Origin: Candidatus Iainarchaeum sp.
Lineage (GTDB): Archaea > Iainarchaeota > Iainarchaeia > Iainarchaeales > JAGVWC01
Direction: 5' to 3'
Assembly: GCA_018304465.1 (NCBI GenBank)
Contig: JAGVWC010000011.1
Location: forward strand, 1-64,000
DNA length: 64,000 bases
Part shown: piece by piece, positions 38,150 through 47,350 of the stretch
How the letters are laid out: each line of letters starts with the position of its first letter
How positions within the stretch are numbered: position 1 is the stretch's first letter
Made by a program: the position numbers and the translations under genes
The notes under the pieces: generated by a model
Told to the model about the DNA's origin: nothing
What the model saw: the letters and a program-made list of their open reading frames with translations, nothing else
The model's database searches: none

Positions 38150-38184
38150 TAAATTTAAATGCTTGTCGTTCGATTTTCGGTGCA

Positions 38185-38901
38185 ATGAACGCAAGTACGC
38201 TGATGCAGCTTGGATTAAGCGAAACCGAAGCGCGGATCTATTTATCGCTTTTGCGCCGCGGAGCCATGCAGGCAGGAGCCATCAGCAAGGAAGCCCAGGT
38301 AAACCGCACCACGACGTATGATTGCCTCGAACGATTGATCGCGGACGGAATCGTCACGTACTCCATCGAAGCCAACCGCAAGGTGTTTCACCCCGCACCA
38401 CCAAATCGTTTTCTGGATCTGATCAAGGAACAGGAAAAAACGGCCGTGGAACTCCTGCCGGAACTCGAGCGCCAATACAAGGCCCGCAAGGAAACCGAAG
38501 AAACCAACATTTACAAGGGAAAAAAAGGCATCCGTTCTATCCTCCAAGAAATCCTGAAATATCCCAACTACGAGGCATTCGGCTCGGGCGGACGCTTTTT
38601 GGAAATCATGGAACACGATTTTTTGGCGTTCCAAAAACGAAAAGAAGCGAAAAAAATAAAATCCCGCATTGTGGTCAATCAGTCCGCTCGAAAAACACAG
38701 GGAATCCGCGAAGCGTTCGGATCGTTTCGATTCGTTTCGGACGAATTCACGGGCGGACCCGTCACCACATTCATTTTCGGAAACAACGTGGCGATCGTAG
38801 TATGGGCCGAAACCCCGTTTGCCACCGTGATCTCAAGCCCCGAAGCCGCCAAGAGCTTCAAAAACCACTTCGAACTGCTCTGGAAAACCGCGCGGCCCTG
38901 A
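38185..38901 (+). CDS. TrmB-family transcriptional regulator 2
   Basis: LGLSETEARIYLSLL...NRTTTYDCLERL; ends FELLW. Confidence 0.9.
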   Translation: MNASTLMQLGLSETEARIYLSLLRRGAMQAGAISKEAQVNRTTTYDCLERLIADGIVTYSIEANRKVFHPAPPNRFLDLIKEQEKTAVELLPELERQYKARKETEETNIYKGKKGIRSILQEILKYPNYEAFGSGGRFLEIMEHDFLAFQKRKEAKKIKSRIVVNQSARKTQGIREAFGSFRFVSDEFTGGPVTTFIFGNNVAIVVWAETPFATVISSPEAAKSFKNHFELLWKTARP

Positions 38902-40065
38902 TTAGTTTTCCAAATAGGAAACGAATTTTCCATTCTTGACTTGTTTTATGAACACGGGTTTTTGGGCATTTCCGTTTTCGTCAAAAGAAAAACACCCGGA
39001 TTCGCCGCAATACGACCTGGTTTCGTTTAAGCTTTTCTGAAGTCCAACCGGAGTAACCGGGTTTTCGTTTGAATTCATCACGGCGTTTGCGATAATGAAC
39101 AATCCGTCATAGGCTTCCGGCGACCAGCGTTTCGGGTTTTCATTAAACTTCGCTTTTATCTTGTAACCATAGGAATCCTTGGGAAACCCGGAAAACGTCA
39201 CGAATACCACGCCCTCCGCGGTGTCCTTTGCGCCATCCAGCACTTCCTGCGTTTCAATCGAGCCGTTTACGAGTAAAAACGAAGATACTCCCAGCTCCCG
39301 GACTTGCTGTAACGTCGGAATATTTTCATTGGTGAGCTGGGCGACAAAGAGAACGTCGGGATTCGTTGATTTGATTTTGGACAATTGGGTCCGAAAATCC
39401 GTTTCCCCTTTTCCCGTGCTTTCCACCGCCGTTGTTTCTCCGTCTAATTCACCAAACCTAGACACAAACGCGTCTTTTTGGTTCACGGTGGTCTCGTTGT
39501 AATTCGCATAAAGCACCGCCGCCGTTTTTGCGCCGCGGTCTTTGGCCAACTCAGCGGCTTTTTGTCCAAGCAAAGAAGACTCGCCTTCGTTTCGAAAAAC
39601 AAATTCACCCGCGCTTTCAAGGTCTTTCGTCTGAGACGCCATGGCATACAACACGATTTGGTTCGTTTGCGCGAGCGGCGAGACCGCCACGGCGTGCTGG
39701 GAAGGACCCGTGATCAGGGCAATCGGTTTTTCCGTGGAAATGAGCCGTTGAACAGCCGAAACCGTTTCTTTGACCTCCCCGTGATTGTCTTCAAACACCA
39801 ATTGAATCGAAAACGGATACGAGGCATTGATTTCCGACGCCGCCAATTCAAGGCCTTGACGGATGCCTTCTCCGTAGGGAGCTTGGCTTCCGGAAAGCGG
39901 AATCACCACACCAATCGAATACGTGGGTTTGGAGACGGGTGGGGTGGAAAGTCCGAAAAAACCGCTTGCGACAAACGGGCCGATGAACACGACGGCTCCC
40001 ACCAACACCAGAATAAACAGACCGATCAGCGCCTTATTATCCGGTTGAAATGCACCCAAATTCAT
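38902..40065 (-). CDS. Liv-type ABC substrate-binding protein 4
   Basis: Transmembrane anchor; IGVVIPLSG, DFRTQLSKIK, AYDG, FDENG. Confidence 0.9.
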   Translation of the reverse strand: MNLGAFQPDNKALIGLFILVLVGAVVFIGPFVASGFFGLSTPPVSKPTYSIGVVIPLSGSQAPYGEGIRQGLELAASEINASYPFSIQLVFEDNHGEVKETVSAVQRLISTEKPIALITGPSQHAVAVSPLAQTNQIVLYAMASQTKDLESAGEFVFRNEGESSLLGQKAAELAKDRGAKTAAVLYANYNETTVNQKDAFVSRFGELDGETTAVESTGKGETDFRTQLSKIKSTNPDVLFVAQLTNENIPTLQQVRELGVSSFLLVNGSIETQEVLDGAKDTAEGVVFVTFSGFPKDSYGYKIKAKFNENPKRWSPEAYDGLFIIANAVMNSNENPVTPVGLQKSLNETRSYCGESGCFSFDENGNAQKPVFIKQVKNGKFVSYLEN

Positions 40066-40104
40066 ATTCTCTATATAACTGCTGTAAGTGAACTTAATAT
40101 TTTT

Positions 40105-40128
40105 TTGTTGTTTTTTTTAAAACAACAA
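40105..40128. promoter_or_regulatory. Candidate TrmB operator, TTGTTG-N12-CAACAA
   Basis: TTGTTGTTTTTTTTAAAACAACAA, with 10-bp perfect inverted arms. Confidence 0.55.
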
Positions 40129-40166
40129 TACATATTTTTTTATTGGAATAGTCCCCTGTTTTCTTC

Positions 40167-40907
40167 ATGAACACCGAGATATTGCGCAACATTGGACTAA
40201 GCGACAATGAAATTCGCGTGTATCTGGACCTGCTCAAACACTCTGATTCCTTGGCCAGTGACATTGGAAAACGAACCAGCATCAATCGAACCGTGGTGTA
40301 CCAAAGTCTGGCCGAACTCATTTCCAAAGGCCTGATCGCCTATGTCATCAAGAATAATACTAAATATTTCAAAGCGGCGCCCCCCGCCAAACTCGTGGAT
40401 TACTTAAAAGAAAAAGAAACCAACCTGCAATCACTCCTGCCGGAATTGATATCGATCAAAAAAACCAATTCAAAACCCTATTCGGTGGAACTATACGAGG
40501 GAAAAGAAGGACTCAAAACAATCCTGAATGACATCTTAAAGGACAGTGACCGAAAAATATGGGACTGGACTAGCGGATATGCCAATATCATTCTTCCGAA
40601 ATTATACATTGAAAAATGGCATCAAAAACGCATTCAAAAAAAAATCTTTGCGCATTTTCTCGTTAACAACACGCCGCTTGGCCGAATCCGCGGAGAAGAA
40701 CTCGCCAAAAAAGGGCTTTCCGACGTCCGATACACCCCTGCGGGATTAACCTCGCCCGCCCACATATTCATTTACGCCCAAAAAGTCGCCATCCTCTTGT
40801 ACGTGGAAGAATATCCCTTCGGAATCCTCATCGAAAACAACGACATATGTGACAAGTTTCGCGAATTCTTCGAATGGATCTGGAAACTCTCCAGCGAAAA
40901 ACCGTGA
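40167..40907 (+). CDS. TrmB-family transcriptional regulator 3
   Basis: IGLSDNEIRVYLDLL...NRTVVYQSLAELISKGL; YEGKEG; ends FEWIW. Confidence 0.9.
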   Translation: MNTEILRNIGLSDNEIRVYLDLLKHSDSLASDIGKRTSINRTVVYQSLAELISKGLIAYVIKNNTKYFKAAPPAKLVDYLKEKETNLQSLLPELISIKKTNSKPYSVELYEGKEGLKTILNDILKDSDRKIWDWTSGYANIILPKLYIEKWHQKRIQKKIFAHFLVNNTPLGRIRGEELAKKGLSDVRYTPAGLTSPAHIFIYAQKVAILLYVEEYPFGILIENNDICDKFREFFEWIWKLSSEKP

Positions 40908-40911
40908 GGGG

Positions 40912-42015
40912 TCATTTCACCCAGCGATTGCCGTCAAAATGCAATACGTACGATGGACGCTGGATCACGCCGTTGGCATCGAACCGGATTTTTCCATCCA
41001 ATCCCTCGAATTCCTGCGAAAGCAACGCGTTTTGCACGCATACGGAAAACGGTTCCTTGTCCTTGCAAGAAGAAGCCGCCTGATGCAAAATGAACACATC
41101 TTCGTAACCGTACACTGCATCCGCGATCGCCGTGGCGCCAAACCGCGAACGATACCGCTCCAGAAACGCTTTTACCTTCGGATTTTCTTCCCCGAGATAA
41201 AAATCGGTTCCGATCGCGTTCTGCAACACGTCCGAAAACTCCGACACTCCTTCAAAATCGCACGCGACCGCTCCGACCGTGGGACACACGATTTGCACCG
41301 GACCGAAATCGATCTCGCGCAGCTGGCGAAGAATGTTTTCGGTCTCGATCGTGTTGGTTCGGATCAACAGGAACTCCGGGTGAATCGCTTTGAGTTTCGA
41401 AAGCGAAGTGCGGTAATCAGTCTCGCCTTTCTGAAAAAACTCAACCGGGAACGAAAAACCCGTCGCTTTGAATTCCGCCAAGCACAGATGCGTCGAATCA
41501 TGATTGGCCATGAACCCCGCGCCTTTTTTCCCCTGCAGGAGATGCGCGAGGATTTTGCAATCGGCTGCCACGCTCGTGTGATTCTTGAATACAAAGGAAT
41601 ATTTTTCGGCCGGTGGGTCCACGGCGGAGCCATACAGCAGAACCGATTTTTCCGATTCCACGACAGGAGAAAGGGCGTTGCTGGAAGCCGAAAGCCAGGT
41701 CACGAAAAGCTGGACGCGATTCACGGACCGAAGCTTTTGCATTGCGCTCAAGGCCGTCTTGGCGTCGTTTTGCGAATCATCGAACAAGAGTTCGACTTCC
41801 GAATGGAGGTCTTCCAATGCCAGGAGCATTCCGTTCCGGGCGGCTTCACCGGTACGCGAGCCACTGCCCGAAAGCGGAAGAATCGCTCCGATACGGGTTC
41901 CGTTTGATTCTTCAATGGCCGAAAACTCTGAAAATCCGGTGATTTGGGGCCAAAAAGCCAACATTCCGAGGGTAATGGCTCCAATGACGATGCAAAGAAC
42001 AAAAAAGAGGCGCAT
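40912..42015 (-). CDS. Liv-type ABC substrate-binding protein 5
   Basis: Transmembrane anchor; IGAILPLSG, DYRTSLSKLK, FDANG. Confidence 0.88.
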   Translation of the reverse strand: MRLFFVLCIVIGAITLGMLAFWPQITGFSEFSAIEESNGTRIGAILPLSGSGSRTGEAARNGMLLALEDLHSEVELLFDDSQNDAKTALSAMQKLRSVNRVQLFVTWLSASSNALSPVVESEKSVLLYGSAVDPPAEKYSFVFKNHTSVAADCKILAHLLQGKKGAGFMANHDSTHLCLAEFKATGFSFPVEFFQKGETDYRTSLSKLKAIHPEFLLIRTNTIETENILRQLREIDFGPVQIVCPTVGAVACDFEGVSEFSDVLQNAIGTDFYLGEENPKVKAFLERYRSRFGATAIADAVYGYEDVFILHQAASSCKDKEPFSVCVQNALLSQEFEGLDGKIRFDANGVIQRPSYVLHFDGNRWVK

Positions 42016-42092
42016 ATGTAACTTAGCACAGTTAAAAAATATATTGGATGTTAGTAATATTAACTACTACAATAATCTTTGAATGGGATGAC

Positions 42093-42836
42093 ATGACGAC
42101 ACAGGCATTAGAAAAACTGGGATTGTCGCGAAACGAATCCTTGATCTACCGGACCTTGCTTCGCAACGGAAACCAAAACAGCGCGGAACTCGCCCGTGAA
42201 AGCGGCGTGCATCGCATCAATGTCTACGACGTCTTAAACAGCCTCATCGCCAAAGGATTGGTCTCGTATGTGGTCGAAGAAGGAAAACGCGTGTTCAAAG
42301 CCGAAGACCCTCACAAACTTGAAGAACTCTTATCCCAAAAAAGCGCGATCCTATCCGGAATCCTGCCGGAACTATTTTCCCAATTCAACGCCAAAAAAGA
42401 AGCGCTTGACATCTCGATCCTGCGCGGGGTCGAAGGCAAACGATCCCAATTCGAAGAAGAACTTCGAAACGCCAAAGACTCGTTTCACTATACATTCATT
42501 CCGCATGGTCTGATGACGATGGATCAGCCGCCCTACAACACGATGATCGTCAAGTTTTTCATCCGGCTCGCCAAGCAAGGAAACCAATCCCGATTACTCG
42601 TACTGGATTCCCCCGAAGCCCACGAACGCGCACGGCGCTTTGACAACGTCCCCAAGCTAGAGATCCGATTCTCCAAAGAAATCACGTTCACCACGGTTTC
42701 GTGGACCGTTTGCGGCGACGTACTTTTCCTCACGTTTTTCATCGAACCCTACCTTGTGATTCGAATTCGATCCAAAGAAATCGCCGCCGCTTTCAAGAAC
42801 AACTTTGACCTCATGTGGAAAAACGCGAAAAAATAA
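42093..42836 (+). CDS. TrmB-family transcriptional regulator 4
   Basis: LGLSRNESLIYRTLL...HRINVYDVLNSLIAKGLV; ends FDLMW. Confidence 0.9.
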   Translation: MTTQALEKLGLSRNESLIYRTLLRNGNQNSAELARESGVHRINVYDVLNSLIAKGLVSYVVEEGKRVFKAEDPHKLEELLSQKSAILSGILPELFSQFNAKKEALDISILRGVEGKRSQFEEELRNAKDSFHYTFIPHGLMTMDQPPYNTMIVKFFIRLAKQGNQSRLLVLDSPEAHERARRFDNVPKLEIRFSKEITFTTVSWTVCGDVLFLTFFIEPYLVIRIRSKEIAAAFKNNFDLMWKNAKK

Positions 42837-42866
42837 CACTAAAAAACGAACATTTCTAACATTTGA

Positions 42867-43565
42867 ATGCGCGTATTCATTCTCTTCGACCTCGAAGGCG
42901 TTACCGGCTACGGTTGCACTAATATTTCGGGAAGCACCAAAGAATTCGCGTACTCCGACGTGAACGCGGCGATTCGCGGCGCCAAAAAAGGCGGTGCAAC
43001 GGACATTATCGTCGGCGACTGGCACGCCTACGGGGGCAATTTGAACCCGAAAAAACTAGTTCAGCCGGTTCGATTGGAACAATATGCCGATCGGTTCGAA
43101 ATCCAAAACCAGCAAATCGACCGGTGTTTTTTCCTCGGATGCCACGCCATGGCGGGAACTCCCAACACGGTGGATCCCCATACTGAAGAATATTACATTC
43201 AAAACGCTTTTGTGGATAATCAAAAAATCGGTGAAGTAGGCTTGATCGCATATTACTTTTCGGCAATGAAGATACCCGTGGTTTTGTTCGAAGGATCCGC
43301 CGAAGCAATGATGGAAGTTCGGGAAATCATGCCGGACGCGGTTTGCGTCGCGGTCAAAAGGGGATTTGAAAGTCTGTCGCCCGAAGAAAGCGCCAAACAA
43401 ATCGAGGACAGCGCCATGCTGGCGATACAAACAAAACCAAAACTCGTTTACCCGAAAAAACAAGAATTACGAGTCGAATTTACGGATGGAACGCAAAAAA
43501 CATATCGTGAAAAAAACTTCCAGCGGATTTATGATCAATTCACCATCGATCTGACCGAGACGTAA
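42867..43565 (+). CDS. M55 family D-aminopeptidase (DppA-like)
   Basis: DLEGVTG, DVNAAIRGA, GDWH, GCHAMAGT, HT, IGE. Confidence 0.88.
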   Translation: MRVFILFDLEGVTGYGCTNISGSTKEFAYSDVNAAIRGAKKGGATDIIVGDWHAYGGNLNPKKLVQPVRLEQYADRFEIQNQQIDRCFFLGCHAMAGTPNTVDPHTEEYYIQNAFVDNQKIGEVGLIAYYFSAMKIPVVLFEGSAEAMMEVREIMPDAVCVAVKRGFESLSPEESAKQIEDSAMLAIQTKPKLVYPKKQELRVEFTDGTQKTYREKNFQRIYDQFTIDLTET

Positions 43566-43577
43566 AAACCAAAAAAC

Positions 43578-44450
43578 TTATTCCAATTTGACTTTCCCCA
43601 AAAAACCCTTCGGCTTGTACAAGAGAATCAACAGCAAAATCAGCGCGTACAAAATCTGGCGCATCGGACCCACCACGGAGGATTCGAAACCGATGAATCG
43701 CAAGGGTTCCGGCAACAACACCAATACCACTGCGGCGGCGATCGTTCCCGGAATCGACGCCAACCCTCCGATGATCACGATCGCGATAATCGGAATCACA
43801 GCCAAAAGCGTAAACGACGACGGATCGATAAACGTAATGTAATGCGCGTACAAACTTCCAGCGATGCCCGCAAAAAACGCGCTCACGCCAAGCGACACCG
43901 ATTTCATTTTGAACGCGTTTTTTCCCAGCACCCGCGCCGCCAATTCGTTGTCGCGGATCGCACCCAAAACGCGTCCAAACGGCGAAGATGCCAACCGCCA
44001 GATAACAGCAACCGAAACAGCCGTGACGATCAGCGAAAAAACCAGAAACGAAAAATTATCCGACAACACGAACCCGAAGAACTCGGGGCGTGGAATCCCC
44101 GGAATCCCCAGCGGTCCCCTTGTAACATCGGTCCAATTCAAGGCCACGGCATACACGACAAACGAAAAACCCATGGTGGCCAAGGCCAAGTAATCGCCGG
44201 ACAACTTGTTCGTCGGAATCGACAAGACCAAGCCGAACAAACAACCGACCAGCCCCGCGGCCACAAGGCAGACCCAGTACGGAAAACCGGCCATTGCAAG
44301 CAACGCAGAAGTATACGCGCCCACCGCAAAAAACGCCACGTGACCCAGGTTAAGCAAGCCTGTAAAACCCATGGCCAACTGCAGGGAAACCGCCAAAATC
44401 ACGTAAATACAAATCAAAATCAACAGGTGAATCAGATATGCTTCGATCAT
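43578..44450 (-). CDS. livM: Liv-type ABC permease, LivM-like
   Basis: GLLNLGHVAFFAVGAY, LSGDYLALAT, GRVLGAIRDNE. Confidence 0.92.
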   Translation of the reverse strand: MIEAYLIHLLILICIYVILAVSLQLAMGFTGLLNLGHVAFFAVGAYTSALLAMAGFPYWVCLVAAGLVGCLFGLVLSIPTNKLSGDYLALATMGFSFVVYAVALNWTDVTRGPLGIPGIPRPEFFGFVLSDNFSFLVFSLIVTAVSVAVIWRLASSPFGRVLGAIRDNELAARVLGKNAFKMKSVSLGVSAFFAGIAGSLYAHYITFIDPSSFTLLAVIPIIAIVIIGGLASIPGTIAAAVVLVLLPEPLRFIGFESSVVGPMRQILYALILLLILLYKPKGFLGKVKLE

Positions 44451-45325
44451 TTCTGCAACTCCTTGTTGACGCCGAGGATTCCCTGCGGTCGAAACAATAA
44501 AAACGCGAACAGAATGACGAACGCGATCGCGTCTTTGTAACCCGACGGCAAATACCAGATTCCGAAATTCTCCGCGAATCCCAGCAAAAACGAACCCAGT
44601 ACCGATCCCGGAACCGAATTCACGCCGCCGATAATCGCACCCGTAAACCCCTTGATGATCAGGTTTGTTCCCATGGTTGGCTCGAGGTTTTGCTCAAGCC
44701 CCACCAGGATTCCGGCAACTCCCGCGATGGCGGACCCGATGGCAAAACTATAATCGAACATTTTTTGCGACGAAATCCCGACGACTTCCGCCATCTCGCG
44801 GTTATCCGACACCGCGCGCAACGCCTTGCCGGTTTTGGTGAATTTCATAAACCAAAACAGGCCCCCCAACAATACAAGCGATGTTACCACGATGACAATT
44901 TGAAGCGGCGTGATAATCGCTCCGGCAATTTCAAGGCCTTTTGAAACCGGAATAAAATCAATGGTCTTGACTTCCGCGCCGAATACCAACAAGAGAACGG
45001 ATTCAAATAGAATCAACAATGCAAAACTTCCCAACAGCAGGATTACCGAACTGGCTTTGCGATGGCGAAGCGGCGCATACACGAACCGGTTCAGCAAAAT
45101 GCCGAGCAACGCCGAAAAAGCCACCGTCAACAAGACGGAAAGAAAAAAATCAAGATGAAACGTTGAAAACAAAACGAATAAAAAATACGCCGACACCGCG
45201 ACGGTTCCGCCATGCGCAAAATGCACGAAGCGATTGGTGGAATAAATCAGCGAAAAACCGCTGGCGACCAAGGCGTAAATCGCGCCCGCGATCAAACCAT
45301 TCACCAGCAGTTGCGTGAAAACCAT
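44447..45325 (-). CDS. livH: Liv-type ABC permease, LivH-like
   Basis: QLLVNGLIAGAIYAL, HFAHG, GKALRAVSDN. Confidence 0.92.
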   Translation of the reverse strand: MVFTQLLVNGLIAGAIYALVASGFSLIYSTNRFVHFAHGGTVAVSAYFLFVLFSTFHLDFFLSVLLTVAFSALLGILLNRFVYAPLRHRKASSVILLLGSFALLILFESVLLLVFGAEVKTIDFIPVSKGLEIAGAIITPLQIVIVVTSLVLLGGLFWFMKFTKTGKALRAVSDNREMAEVVGISSQKMFDYSFAIGSAIAGVAGILVGLEQNLEPTMGTNLIIKGFTGAIIGGVNSVPGSVLGSFLLGFAENFGIWYLPSGYKDAIAFVILFAFLLFRPQGILGVNKELQK

Positions 45326-45678
45326 TTTTATCTGAAAATATCTGGAAAAAGGGCTTTATAATCATTTTCACACGGTTTCGGGTTTTGATCAGCGGAATTC
45401 GAACGGACCCACGTCGAATCGAGCGGATCCGTCTTTGTCCCCGTCCAATGGTCGCGCGACACCCGTGAAATCATTTGTGATCGATAACCCGCGCCTTGGT
45501 CGACCGCCGGACTTTGGGCTTGGATGAAATCGCATTCGAAATATTTCAGGAAAAAAACCGAAGAAACCTTTTTTTGTGAAAAAACAACAGCGGCTTCGGG
45601 CGAAAAAGATTCCATTAAAGGAATACAAAAAGGCCCAATATACACGTATGTCATTTAGCGAATTTTACCTTTGTTTCT

Positions 45679-47148
45679 TCACTTTTGGATCCGCGCCAAA
45701 CCATGATGCGCCCGCAAGTCGATTTTGTCGCCGTTTTGAATGATCTTGGTTCCCACTTTGGTGCCGACAATACACGGAATTCCAAGTTCCCGCGAAATAA
45801 TCGCGGCGTGACACGTGATCCCCCCGTCATCCGTAATGATTCCCACGGTTTTTTTTAGCATGGGAACGAATTCGGGAGACGTCATTCCCGTGACCAGAAT
45901 CTCGCCTGGTTGCAATTGTCCCAAATCCCGCGCGGATCGAATCACCCGTGCGATTCCGGAAACGGTTCCCGGTGATGCGCATAACCCCGCGACTTCGTTT
46001 TGCGTTACCACGCTTTTTTGCCACAATTTTTCCTCGGCCAAAACCGCTTCTTTTCCCGTCAGCACTTGAAACGGATAAACATTGTAATTTACAAAACAAT
46101 GTTCTCGACGCGCTTCTAATGTTTGTCGGGAAATTTTTCCTTGTGCAAAATCGGTCAATTCGAAAGAAAAAAGATATTTGGCCACATCCGAATCGATTCC
46201 GCGTCTACGCGCGAGTTCTTTAAGCAATCGTCCCACTGAAAAAAATCCTTTCATCTGGGTTTTTTTTCGATCGTCGTACAGGATCGAAACTTTTTTTGCC
46301 AACTCGAAAAAAAACAGGGCTTTGGAGGAAAAAAGGTATTTTGAAATCAACCGATTTTGTTCGGCTTGCGATTCTTTTTTTTGTTTTTCAATCGCACGAA
46401 GTCTTTCGGTCGGATTTTCTTTTGCATTCAAAGCGGATTCGATCAGTGATTCCAGATTATTCCAACCCAATCCCGAAAAAGAAAAGTAATTACAAGGCGT
46501 CCAATAAAATTTTTCGAGATGCGCTTCCATCAACGGTCTGATTTGCGCGTCTTTTCGCCAATTCTTATTTGGGGTTTGTCGATTCGCGATGACCGCGCTG
46601 ATTTGAAGAACGCTTTTTTCCGCCGCGCGGGAAAAAGAATCGTCTGTGGGCATGGAAAGCGCGGAAATAATCGTCGAAATTTCTTTCGATGGGATTTTTT
46701 GCGCGGAAAGATCCTCGGAGAGAAGTCCCGGAAGCGAAAAATCAATCAACTCGCCAAACGGTCCGAGATCCCACAACGGCTGGTAAACATTGAAAAATTT
46801 TCGGATTGATTCGATAATTTCTTGCGTTGAAAGAAGACCCACACGTTTTGGCAGCAGGGAATCGCAATAATCCTCGTTCAATTTGCAAATATATCGGAAT
46901 AATTCGAAAAGCGAATTCGCGTATTGCGGGTTTTTTTCCAGTCGATCCGCCAACATCCGTCCCGCCGCAATCAATTCATCCTCGTCAAACAGCCAACGGA
47001 TCTCGTCGTGACTGCACGCGAGTTTGTTCAAGCCATAGCCTTTCGGAACAAACCGCCTAAGTCCGTGATCCAGGTCGTCTCCGATGTTAAGGGTGGAATG
47101 AAACGCGAAAAACAAAGCGCCTTGGCGGCGCTGCTCGATCAAACGCAT
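45679..47148 (-). CDS. Helical N-domain plus C-terminal PEP-utilising phospho-His swivel domain, paralogue 1
   Basis: GLCASPG...ILVTGMTSPEFVP...[21 protein letters not shown]. Confidence 0.88.
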   Translation of the reverse strand: MRLIEQRRQGALFFAFHSTLNIGDDLDHGLRRFVPKGYGLNKLACSHDEIRWLFDEDELIAAGRMLADRLEKNPQYANSLFELFRYICKLNEDYCDSLLPKRVGLLSTQEIIESIRKFFNVYQPLWDLGPFGELIDFSLPGLLSEDLSAQKIPSKEISTIISALSMPTDDSFSRAAEKSVLQISAVIANRQTPNKNWRKDAQIRPLMEAHLEKFYWTPCNYFSFSGLGWNNLESLIESALNAKENPTERLRAIEKQKKESQAEQNRLISKYLFSSKALFFFELAKKVSILYDDRKKTQMKGFFSVGRLLKELARRRGIDSDVAKYLFSFELTDFAQGKISRQTLEARREHCFVNYNVYPFQVLTGKEAVLAEEKLWQKSVVTQNEVAGLCASPGTVSGIARVIRSARDLGQLQPGEILVTGMTSPEFVPMLKKTVGIITDDGGITCHAAIISRELGIPCIVGTKVGTKIIQNGDKIDLRAHHGLARIQK

Positions 47149-47350
47149 AGGTAGTTATGTCGCATTAGTATTAAAATATTTTGCATTTACTGCAAAATTT
47201 ATATTTGTTGATTGTGGGACTTTAAACGGCGAACAACGCCTTTTCGAGCATGGGAAGCGAATAGTCCCTCGAAAACGCCGGTTCCAGTCGAGGCATCAGT
47301 TTTCCCTTTTCTATTATAAGAAGAATCAGTATTAAAGCATTGGGAGCACG

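Noticed and set aside
45326-45678. 350-bp gap upstream of livH as a riboswitch/ncRNA or 108-aa CDS
   Set aside because: Partly GC-rich, but I recognise no RNA family motif and the ORF looks non-coding. An Rfam/Infernal scan would settle it.
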